From an uncultured virus (IMG/VR IMGVR_UViG_3300043105_000228) (taxonomy: Duplodnaviria; Heunggongvirae; Uroviricota; Caudoviricetes): DNA of 64,000 nt. Shown piece by piece: positions 56,524 through 64,000 of the stretch. The stretch's first letter is position 1. The number at the start of each line of letters is the position of its first letter. Under the pieces are notes generated by a model, which saw only the letters and a program-made list of their open reading frames with translations, was not told the DNA's origin and searched no databases. The stretch is taken from IMG/VR virus record IMGVR_UViG_3300043105_000228; one strand, written 5' to 3'. A program made the translations under genes and the position numbers.

Positions 56524-57675
56524 TTACTTGAATTCGTCGAAGATAGCACGAAGATTAACTTCACCTGATGCATTTGCCTCTGATGGTGCTTTTCTTGATG
56601 AATTCATTCTCTCTAATTCATCTTTTGTTACTGCAACTTCAGATGCCTCTGTTGCATTCTTCTTAGCTTCTACTTCGTCTACTCTGTCACGAATCTTGTC
56701 AACCCTGTCACTTATCTTTGAAAGACCTGTGAGAATAAGGATGACATTATTCTGAAGTGTCTTCTCAGCATTAACTGCTGTATGAAGGAACTCCTCTGAT
56801 GGCTCACCGATGAATGCTCTTACCTTATTAATCTGAGAATCAAATTTCTCATTTAACTTAGCTGAGAGATTTGTGATGAGACCTGTCTGATATACAACCC
56901 CATCACGCTGCAACTCGGCATGTGCTGAAGACTTAATCTTGTCGATAAGTAAATCTTCAATATCTACCTCGTCAACGTCCTTCTCTTTAATATCGAGAAG
57001 TGGTGCAATAAACAACCTACCGGGTGTTGAGAGCAGCGTCTTCATATCCTTCTCGTCAATAGAATCATATGGAGTAGGATTGTTGTACCAGCACTGGATA
57101 ACTCTGATGCATTCAACTATCTCATCATTAACTGTCTCGAGAATCTTGTAAGCTGTCATCTTTGCAAAGTTGTTATTGTCAAAGATCATGTATGTTGGAT
57201 CTTCCAAAACATCATACAGCTCATGAATGTAACCGAGAGTATTTACCTGTGTTGTATATCCCTCTGTGAGCTTAGGCATAACACCTGTTAAGATAACATT
57301 GAGCTCCATACCGTCTGGAGTGCTAAATGACTTCTTGACGATCTTGCTCATAAGTGGTGCGATTCCTGAACCAGAACCTCCACCCATTGATGAAACGATA
57401 ACGATTACTTCTTTATTAGACATGAACTCTGCAAACTCATTATCTCTCATTAAATCCATTATAGATGCCTCGAGGAATTTCTTTGCGGTTTCTCTATTCT
57501 TACCGCTACCTTCTGTGTCACCTACACATTTCTTTGGAATATCTGATGGGAGTGTAGACAAATCTGTCTCAGATGTATTAATAGCAAATACATCACAACC
57601 TGTCAACTTTTCATGGCATAAACTTGCCACCTGATTTCCACAATTTCCTATTCCGATTACTCCTACATTTAACAT
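56524..57675 (-). CDS. Tubulin/FtsZ-family GTPase (PhuZ/TubZ-like)
   Basis: GIGNCGNQV, AINTSETDL, GSGKNR, signature GGGSGSG, T7-like IDEKD. Confidence 0.9.
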   Translation of the reverse strand: MLNVGVIGIGNCGNQVASLCHEKLTGCDVFAINTSETDLSTLPSDIPKKCVGDTEGSGKNRETAKKFLEASIMDLMRDNEFAEFMSNKEVIVIVSSMGGGSGSGIAPLMSKIVKKSFSTPDGMELNVILTGVMPKLTEGYTTQVNTLGYIHELYDVLEDPTYMIFDNNNFAKMTAYKILETVNDEIVECIRVIQCWYNNPTPYDSIDEKDMKTLLSTPGRLFIAPLLDIKEKDVDEVDIEDLLIDKIKSSAHAELQRDGVVYQTGLITNLSAKLNEKFDSQINKVRAFIGEPSEEFLHTAVNAEKTLQNNVILILTGLSKISDRVDKIRDRVDEVEAKKNATEASEVAVTKDELERMNSSRKAPSEANASGEVNLRAIFDEFK

Positions 57676-57779
57676 GAAATGTACCTCCTTGTATATAAAT
57701 AATTTTGTTGGTTTAACCGTATTGATATTATATAACCTACTTGGCTTTTTATCTGATGGTTAAACCATAAATGCAAATT

Positions 57780-57882
57780 AAAAGGCAAGGGTAAAAGATG
57801 TAAATCTCTTGCCCTTGCAGATACGGAATTTAAACAGAGAGGTGATAACCACAAACGACCAGAAACATTTGAGGTTTCCACT
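57780..57882 (-). ncRNA. Candidate small RNA F (~103 nt)
   Basis: Promoter AACA-TTTTTA-TA (57893..57882) directly after a terminator; own terminator GCAAGGG.../...CCCUUGC-CUUUU; contains UCACCUCU. Confidence 0.45.
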
Positions 57883-57958
57883 ATAAAAATGTTGGGTTGA
57901 AAGAGCAGAGATTAGAATAAATTCTAATCTCTGCATAAATCTCCCGTTAACGAAATCT

Positions 57959-58429
57959 CTATTTAATACAAATTATCGCTGTTTTAGCGTCATAAAGTTT
58001 CTTAGCAAAAGTATATATTGGTGTAGCTTCAGCTGATGGTATATCAAAAGCCTCTGGAGTTTTTCCAGAATAGCATCTAAAGCTTTGTCCATTATAAGTC
58101 TTTTCCTTAATCATAATATACTTTGAATTCGTTACCTGATAAACCTGAATAGCAATTCCTTCAATGTATTCTAGGTTATTCTGCAAATTCACAGAATCCA
58201 TATAATTCCTAAAAATGCATACGGTATAATTATCATACTTCCGTTTTGTAGTATGAAGCTGATAGCATACCACAGTATATTCACCTTTTTCAATATGGTG
58301 CTTTTGTATTTTATCGAGTAGTTTTTTCGTTTCAGATACACTAGTATTTGCACGCTCTTTATCATCTAATGATAGATAATAAACGAACGCATATCTACTA
58401 ACTTCCGTCATTAATTCCTGATAGGTCAT
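57959..58429 (-). CDS. 156-aa hypothetical protein
   Basis: SD AGAGGTG; terminator 57904-57933. Confidence 0.65.
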   Translation of the reverse strand: MTYQELMTEVSRYAFVYYLSLDDKERANTSVSETKKLLDKIQKHHIEKGEYTVVCYQLHTTKRKYDNYTVCIFRNYMDSVNLQNNLEYIEGIAIQVYQVTNSKYIMIKEKTYNGQSFRCYSGKTPEAFDIPSAEATPIYTFAKKLYDAKTAIICIK

Positions 58430-58451
58430 GGGAATTTCACCTCTGCTTTCT

Positions 58452-58898
58452 CTAAAAATGCGTAATTACTGAGCTCTGGATGATTTCGTTGGAATCTAGC
58501 ATTTCTCTAATCTTTGGTTCATCACACCAGCATCCATTTAAATCAAAATAGTACTCTATGCGATAATTAAGTCTAGATATTAATATACTTTCATTAAACC
58601 TCTTATAGAAAAGTCTAAAATACCAACCATTTCCAATTGTAAATACTTCCAAAGCAACCAGTTCTTTTTGCCATTTTGGTATATCAATCATTGCTTTTTC
58701 TATCGTCTTGTATATATGGATAAAACACCCAACGGGTTTATACTTATCTAGTCGTATATCTTTCTCATATTTCGTTAGTATGACCATTGTAAATTCTGAT
58801 TTTTTGCATTTTAAGCATTCTTCATAAACTTCTCTTAATGTAATTATAGGATCATTATGAATAGATTCACTATTGATACGATATACCATAACTTTCAA
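58452..58898 (-). CDS. 148-aa hypothetical protein
   Basis: TTG start, SD GGGGTG. Confidence 0.6.
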   Translation of the reverse strand: MKVMVYRINSESIHNDPIITLREVYEECLKCKKSEFTMVILTKYEKDIRLDKYKPVGCFIHIYKTIEKAMIDIPKWQKELVALEVFTIGNGWYFRLFYKRFNESILISRLNYRIEYYFDLNGCWCDEPKIREMLDSNEIIQSSVITHF

Positions 58899-58964
58899 TC
58901 ACCCCGTATTTGATTTTAAAAAAGATGGATAAGCAAAAACGCTTATCCATCACCATTGACTTTA

Positions 58965-59507
58965 TTAGCCTTTCTTCTTCCTTGTCTTCAGATAATCTGG
59001 AGCTGGAGATGAAGCTGTAAGCACCTTGTAAGGCTTGGTTGTTGTCTCCCATACACCCATATCTTCACCTGTCTTAGGATTTCTAACATGAGACTCCTTA
59101 ACAGTCTTATCTTTCTGAGCAAGTGCAATGCTGCCACGGAAGTCCTCTTTAGGTAAGAACTCGAATCTGTTGTGAGCATCAATATACTCATAGATAGATG
59201 TAGCAATGAGCTCATAAAGTCCATCAACGTTATCAATCTCAAATGATGGATCCATAACTGCCTGTGCATCTGCCTTATCTACGCCTGCTTTCTCAAGCTG
59301 CTTCTTCAAGAACTTACGGAACTCCTTAGCTATGAATACGTCCTTTACCTCAACGAGTTCCTTATTCTTTGTAACTGCAACCTTTGTAGCAAACTCTGTA
59401 TCGTTTACCAATGCTGATAAAAGCTCGTTAAAATTTTTCTTGCTAAATCTAGCTGTTCCTTTTTCTGGTGTAATAGCCTCAAGTGTTTCTTTTACTGATT
59501 TTGACAT
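58965..59507 (-). CDS. HU/IHF-like DNA-binding protein
   Basis: Arm motif VRNPKTGE preceded by the F.F-G-I strand pattern. Confidence 0.65.
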   Translation of the reverse strand: MSKSVKETLEAITPEKGTARFSKKNFNELLSALVNDTEFATKVAVTKNKELVEVKDVFIAKEFRKFLKKQLEKAGVDKADAQAVMDPSFEIDNVDGLYELIATSIYEYIDAHNRFEFLPKEDFRGSIALAQKDKTVKESHVRNPKTGEDMGVWETTTKPYKVLTASSPAPDYLKTRKKKG

Positions 59508-59664
59508 TTGAAAGTCCTCCTATTCTTTTTTCGGTTTTTCTTTGCATCTCGTTTTGCCACCTTTTCAAAGAAAAGTGCGAGATCAAAGTTTTCAGGGTTA
59601 TACTTTACTTTCGCCATAAGTATCACTCCTTTACTTATTAAGGGGTTCCTCTTGTAATTTATTA

Positions 59665-60108
59665 CTAATAGAAAAACCCCGATGAGTAACGCCACTCATT
59701 AATATTATTTCTTATCTCTTCTAAAATTTCAATAGAAGGAATAGAAACGTCTGCGTCATATGCAGAATACAGCATTGCTAATGCTCCATGCAAATATGAC
59801 TTCTCTTTTTTCGTTACACTTGACTTCATCAGCAGATGTTCTACCTCATTTATCATTCCAGATATTTCATTATTAGCATATCCATATGAATAAGCTAGTT
59901 CATATCTCTCTGGAACATAGATATTTCCTGCTTGTACCAACATATTCTCTTTATCTTTTGTAAACTGGTTTTCTTTATCAGTCTTTAAGATAAGTCCTGT
60001 TGATAATTGATTCGACGCCAAATATAACTCCATGAATCTCTCCACGATTTTCTTTTTGTGGTGAAATGCCACCATCTTGTTATCGATGATGGCGATGTAA
60101 TACTTCAT
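59665..60108 (-). CDS. 147-aa hypothetical protein
   Basis: SD AGGTAGGTG. Confidence 0.65.
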   Translation of the reverse strand: MKYYIAIIDNKMVAFHHKKKIVERFMELYLASNQLSTGLILKTDKENQFTKDKENMLVQAGNIYVPERYELAYSYGYANNEISGMINEVEHLLMKSSVTKKEKSYLHGALAMLYSAYDADVSIPSIEILEEIRNNINEWRYSSGFFY

Positions 60109-60117
60109 AAAATGTCA

Positions 60118-60555
60118 TCACCTACCTACTGTTGATACGTTATGAGCTAACCCATAAACTGTATTCATCTTCTGCAAAGTAGCAGGCTTGATTTGATATT
60201 TTATGCTGTCTATTGATAATATTGCTACTATCAATGACATTACTAGTTTGGCTATTATTGCACATATTGGCAATAAATCATCCAAAGCATCAATTACTCT
60301 GTCAAAGAAATTAGTACCCTCCATTTCATAAATCAATCTACGTCTAATTTCCTTTTCAGATTCTGCTGTTGAATAGAATCCGCCTCCTTTCTTTAAATTT
60401 CGTTTTGCCTTCTTTTTAGCTTTCCGTTCTTCCCGCTTGAGGTCTGCCTGCATAAATTGGATTTCCTCAATTATGCTGAGATATTTTCTATCAAGGCTCT
60501 CATCTATCTCAGCGAGAAATTCTTCGGGATGAGCCTTTTTCTTTTTCTTGCTCAC
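60118..60555 (-). CDS. 145-aa hypothetical with hydrophobic C-terminal helix
   Basis: SD AAAGGAGG; early-type motif upstream. Confidence 0.7.
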   Translation of the reverse strand: MSKKKKKAHPEEFLAEIDESLDRKYLSIIEEIQFMQADLKREERKAKKKAKRNLKKGGGFYSTAESEKEIRRRLIYEMEGTNFFDRVIDALDDLLPICAIIAKLVMSLIVAILSIDSIKYQIKPATLQKMNTVYGLAHNVSTVGR

Positions 60556-60676
60556 TTCTTTTTCTCCCTCCTTTCGAATTTCTACAAAGTGATAATATAT
60601 TAATAAAGTAAATATTGCCTTATGAAATACAGGGTTTAAAAAGAGTACAGATGAAAATACATCTGTACTCTTATTT

Positions 60677-61165
60677 TTATCCTTGATTTGCTACATTACG
60701 TTCTGCAATTTCTCTATTCAATTGCTTTACCATAGCGATAAGCTCTGTAGTAGCTGTATTCACAATATACTTCTCAATGTATTCTGAATTTACAATCATA
60801 TTGCTTGGATTAGCAAATAATTCAGCTTTAAGAGAATTATGTATTGTGGTCGATATCTCTACGATATCTTTATCGAGTTTTCTTAAAATTTCATATGGTT
60901 GATTTAGTGATAGGTGTGTTGACCTTATCTGAAGTATCTCAACCTTTATCATGCTGTCAATTATCAGAAGTAAATTGGTTGTATCAACAATTTTCTCATT
61001 GAGTGAACCATTCTTAACAGCATCAGTATGAGCATTGATATTTTTGGTCTTAGCACGAATAAAATCTAGTAACGTGTTAAGTACCATAAGCAAATAAATA
61101 ATTGCTACGAAAACACCAACGACTATTCCTATGATTTTTAGGACATAGAGTACATTAGCTACCAA
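60677..61165 (-). CDS. 162-aa membrane-anchored hypothetical protein
   Basis: N-terminal TM IIGIVVGVFVAIIYLLMVL. Confidence 0.65.
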   Translation of the reverse strand: MVANVLYVLKIIGIVVGVFVAIIYLLMVLNTLLDFIRAKTKNINAHTDAVKNGSLNEKIVDTTNLLLIIDSMIKVEILQIRSTHLSLNQPYEILRKLDKDIVEISTTIHNSLKAELFANPSNMIVNSEYIEKYIVNTATTELIAMVKQLNREIAERNVANQG

Positions 61166-61863
61166 TGTATTTCGCCTTCTTTCTTTTTAGTTTTGGTTTC
61201 CTCAGATAGCATAGGTCTGATGATATCTAAGATATCTTTCGTAATTGCTTTTCTTGTCTGGTCTCCATTAATCTTATAAATCTTAAATCCGCGAGATTTT
61301 AGGTAGTTTGCAGCATAGTCATATCCTTCTCTTGAATATGATAGATGCTTTTCATCTTCATAAATGTCCTTGTGTTCTTCTCCCAGAGAGTTTATTCTCT
61401 TGCTTATCCTCCTAACAGAAGTATCAATCCAAAAGATTGCATCTGGTTGTAATATTTTAATTGTATCAATATTCTTCTCATAGATATAATTAGCAATATC
61501 ATGAGGATTCTTTGGATTATCACCTAAACGATTATCCGCATATGCAATCGACATAGATGACATAAAGTTACGTGACTGGATTATATTTATATTACCCTGA
61601 AGCTTTGGTAATGTACATCTCTTCGTCTGCTCATATCTATCAGCTGCAATAAGTAAATTGCTAAGAGCAATATCACACCATCTTTCACCACTGTAGTAAT
61701 GCTCACGTAGTAGCTGACCGATTGGTGAATTATGTGTAGGCTCATTCTGCATAGATATGTTGTAGCCTTCTTTGCGTAGTGCTTCTGTAATTAATTCCTG
61801 TTGCGTACTTTTACCACATCCATTTGTACCTTCTAGCACAAAAAACTTGCCATTTTTAATCAT
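61159..61863 (-). CDS. tmk: Thymidylate (dTMP) kinase
   Basis: FFVLEGTNGCGKSTQ, EPT, AADR, PDAIFWID, INGDQ. Confidence 0.9.
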   Translation of the reverse strand: MIKNGKFFVLEGTNGCGKSTQQELITEALRKEGYNISMQNEPTHNSPIGQLLREHYYSGERWCDIALSNLLIAADRYEQTKRCTLPKLQGNINIIQSRNFMSSMSIAYADNRLGDNPKNPHDIANYIYEKNIDTIKILQPDAIFWIDTSVRRISKRINSLGEEHKDIYEDEKHLSYSREGYDYAANYLKSRGFKIYKINGDQTRKAITKDILDIIRPMLSEETKTKKKEGEIHW

Positions 61864-62501
61864 TCTTCAATTCCACCTTTTTCAAAAATCTTTTCGTTTA
61901 GCTTAAGTATCTCATATGTAGTAGAATCTCTCATCATTGATTCATCTACATATCGGTTGTACTTTTCTTTTAATTCATCGTTAAGCTTATATTTCTTTAG
62001 AAATCTAGGTAAATTACCCCATGCTTGTTGCATATTTAGCCATATTTCTCTTGATGTAACTTCCTGATGAACTGTGGTTGAGAGCATTACTACCTGAATA
62101 TTATTCTTCCAGTGCTCATCTAGTACTTGCTTAGCTATTCTAAAGGTACTTATCTTCCATCCTTTCTCTATATAATAATCCGTGATTATCTCGCAGATAT
62201 CATAAAGAGTAAAGATCGGTCCATGATGCATCTCAATGGTAACCTTTTCATCTGATAGTTTTGATAGAACTTGGCAGTGATTTAACTTAACTTTTGTCTT
62301 TAGATAATTTATATATGCCGAATACCTTTTATTGGTTCTAACTAGTCTTTCGCAGTCCTTAAGAAATTTAGTCTTAGATTCTGCACTAGAGAAAAACTCT
62401 GGGCTCTTATAAAATTCAAGCAAATATTCTGACGAGTCTGAGTCAACTTTGGTATTTCCATTATCATTTAAATAAACGATATTTGGTAAAGTCTTTGCCA
62501 T
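61860..62501 (-). CDS. HNH-like nuclease-fold protein, paralog of 39552..40235
   Basis: ERLVR...Y..YI..L...C...IEMHHGPIFTLYDI...IA..V...H..N....LSTTVHQ. Confidence 0.55.
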   Translation of the reverse strand: MAKTLPNIVYLNDNGNTKVDSDSSEYLLEFYKSPEFFSSAESKTKFLKDCERLVRTNKRYSAYINYLKTKVKLNHCQVLSKLSDEKVTIEMHHGPIFTLYDICEIITDYYIEKGWKISTFRIAKQVLDEHWKNNIQVVMLSTTVHQEVTSREIWLNMQQAWGNLPRFLKKYKLNDELKEKYNRYVDESMMRDSTTYEILKLNEKIFEKGGIEE

Positions 62502-62617
62502 GTCTTTTCCTCCTTTATCTTTCATACTTAAAATCTTAGTTTTCGCTATAGTTTACACAGCAAAGACATTCAATTAAGGATTTTTCCTCAATTTAACAGG
62601 AAAGGAGAACGGTTATC

Positions 62618-64000
62618 ATGGCGAAAGATTCAACTAGGTTAATAGACCCAGTTGCTCGACTTTATACAGATATAATTACGATTTTAAATTCATTGGAAAT
62701 CAAATATCCAAATAAAGCAGAAGAAGCTGAGGATATTACATCTAAAGCCGCTGGTACTAGATATATGCTTGCATATTATATGAAGGATACATTTTATCTT
62801 TATGATGATTATTCACGTGAAGATTATATTAATCTTGGTATTGAAGATGAAGATGAGATAGCAATGTATTTAAAGGACAGAACACTTGTACCACAGGTTA
62901 AACGAGATGCTCTACTTGCAATAAGAAGAGCTCGTGAACTAGATGAATATGTAGAGCTAAATAATTATTATCGAATGCTGTATGGTCTTCCTGACTTAGA
63001 TGATACTGAGTTCTATTATGTAACTGAAGAATTATCTAAGCAATTAAATATTCCTACTGATATGCCTGTCCATGAAATACAGGACCAACTTGGTAGCTAC
63101 TATATAAGTCAGCTCCAATATGTAGGATACATAGATGAACTCTATGAAAAACACCAGAAAGACTATCTAAAGCATTTAGGTACAAATCGAATACCAATAG
63201 AAACTTCTCGAAATGGAAGTAGCTTCTCAATACTTTCAGTAAATCAAAGTGATGTGCTAGAAAGTACATATCGAGAGTTTGTAAGATGCTACGAATCTGC
63301 ACGAAATTACTTTATGTCAGTAATTTATGTCTATGAATATAGAGACCTCATTCCTTATTATGATAATTTCATTGCACTTTGCATATTTGTAATGGCAATA
63401 CAACAGGTGTCAATGAGAGGCATAAGGAATGCTACTGATAGAGAGTTTTATGATGAGTACATGGTAAGATTACTTCATGAAACTTATGGTGTGCCTTTCT
63501 ACAATAGTGCGGATACAGCCACAAAGAAACTTATAGTTCAGAATATGAACTTGCTCGTCCAGAATAAAGCAACCAATAAGGTATTCTTAGATATTGCTTC
63601 TATTCTTGGATTTAACGAGATTACAATTTACCAGTATTATCTGGTAAAAGAACAGCAGTTTGGAAGTGATGGTCGACCTGTAATCAAAAAGAAAAATAAG
63701 GTTGATAGCTTAACAGGAAAAACTACTGAGGTGTATGATACTGAGAACATGTTCGATGTACATTTCCAGAAAGTAGATATTACTGAAAGCAATATAAAAG
63801 ATTCACTAACCAATAGCCTTAATCGAGTAGACTATTATGATGTCATATATTATGACCCTATGTGGTGGGAAGATGATGAACTTAATAGTGAGATTTGGGA
63901 TACTGCTTATAATTACATGGAGACGAAATACTTTGGTGTTACTATTCCATACAGAATGACTGAGTTGCTTCTTCAATCAAATATTCTTTTGAGAATGATT
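62618..64000 (+). CDS. Large virion structural protein, probably baseplate wedge-like (>461 aa, runs off the right edge)
   Basis: Not in the ORF track (no stop in the window). SD AAAGGAG, ATG 62618 (MAKDSTRLIDPVARLY...); YVELNNYYRMLYGLP and NLLVQNKATNKV motifs of jumbo-phage structural proteins. Confidence 0.7.
   Translation, partial: MAKDSTRLIDPVARLYTDIITILNSLEIKYPNKAEEAEDITSKAAGTRYMLAYYMKDTFYLYDDYSREDYINLGIEDEDEIAMYLKDRTLVPQVKRDALLAIRRARELDEYVELNNYYRMLYGLPDLDDTEFYYVTEELSKQLNIPTDMPVHEIQDQLGSYYISQLQYVGYIDELYEKHQKDYLKHLGTNRIPIETSRNGSSFSILSVNQSDVLESTYREFVRCYESARNYFMSVIYVYEYRDLIPYYDNFIALCIFVMAIQQVSMRGIRNATDREFYDEYMVRLLHETYGVPFYNSADTATKKLIVQNMNLLVQNKATNKVFLDIASILGFNEITIYQYYLVKEQQFGSDGRPVIKKKNKVDSLTGKTTEVYDTENMFDVHFQKVDITESNIKDSLTNSLNRVDYYDVIYYDPMWWEDDELNSEIWDTAYNYMETKYFGVTIPYRMTELLLQSNILLRMI

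Noticed and set aside
57833..57844. Plus-strand AACA-GAGAGG-TG as an antisense promoter
   Set aside because: Such a short motif occurs by chance frequently in AT-rich DNA; no downstream ORF or other support.
57669..57881. 70-aa minus-strand ORF over sRNA F
   Set aside because: GTG without RBS, runs through an intrinsic terminator and the tubulin promoter region.
59492..59695. 67-aa ORF (or ~41-aa MAKVKYNPENF... with SD AAAGGAG)
   Set aside because: The short version is plausible as a basic micro-protein but unsupported beyond the RBS, so it is not listed as a feature.
1..64000. Genome-wide stop-codon reassignment (TAG or TGA read-through)
   Set aside because: Long conserved genes are intact in code 11, and TAG ends many genes at sensible positions, including TAGTG stop/start coupling at 32324.
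1..64000. CRISPR array, tRNA or rRNA genes, transposases
   Set aside because: No regularly spaced direct repeats, cloverleaf with T-loop, rRNA-like segment or transposase motif seen by eye; a tRNAscan/CRISPR scan would be needed to exclude them fully.

Overview
AT-rich segment of a jumbo myophage genome of the phiKZ/AR9(PBS1)-like type. The host is most likely a Firmicute (strong Shine-Dalgarno sites, SPP1-type holin, SH3b-like domain); this is an inference. It encodes subunits of two multisubunit RNA polymerases: an unsplit 1684-aa beta, plus separate beta-prime N- and C-terminal halves. It also encodes a T4-gp20-like portal, neck/baseplate/fibre-like structural proteins, SbcC/Rad50, RecA/UvsX, RusA, ThyX, dTMP kinase, an HU-like protein, a tubulin/FtsZ-family GTPase and many small accessory ORFs. 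Main observations: (1) a 425-nt ORF-less group I intron splits the RNAP catalytic motif exactly as NAD|FDGD, and P1/P10, P9.0 and motif restoration all place an A, not the near-universal G, at its 3' end. (2) An AAC[ATG]-N6-T[AG] promoter motif precedes late genes and also six ORF-less, hairpin-rich, terminator-bounded intergenic units, suggesting a dispersed repertoire of phage small RNAs, several with anti-Shine-Dalgarno tracts. (3) Candidate anti-defence decoys: two orphan HicB-like proteins and an apparently catalytically dead PARG-type macrodomain. All family assignments come from motif recognition by eye; no searches or folding programs were run.
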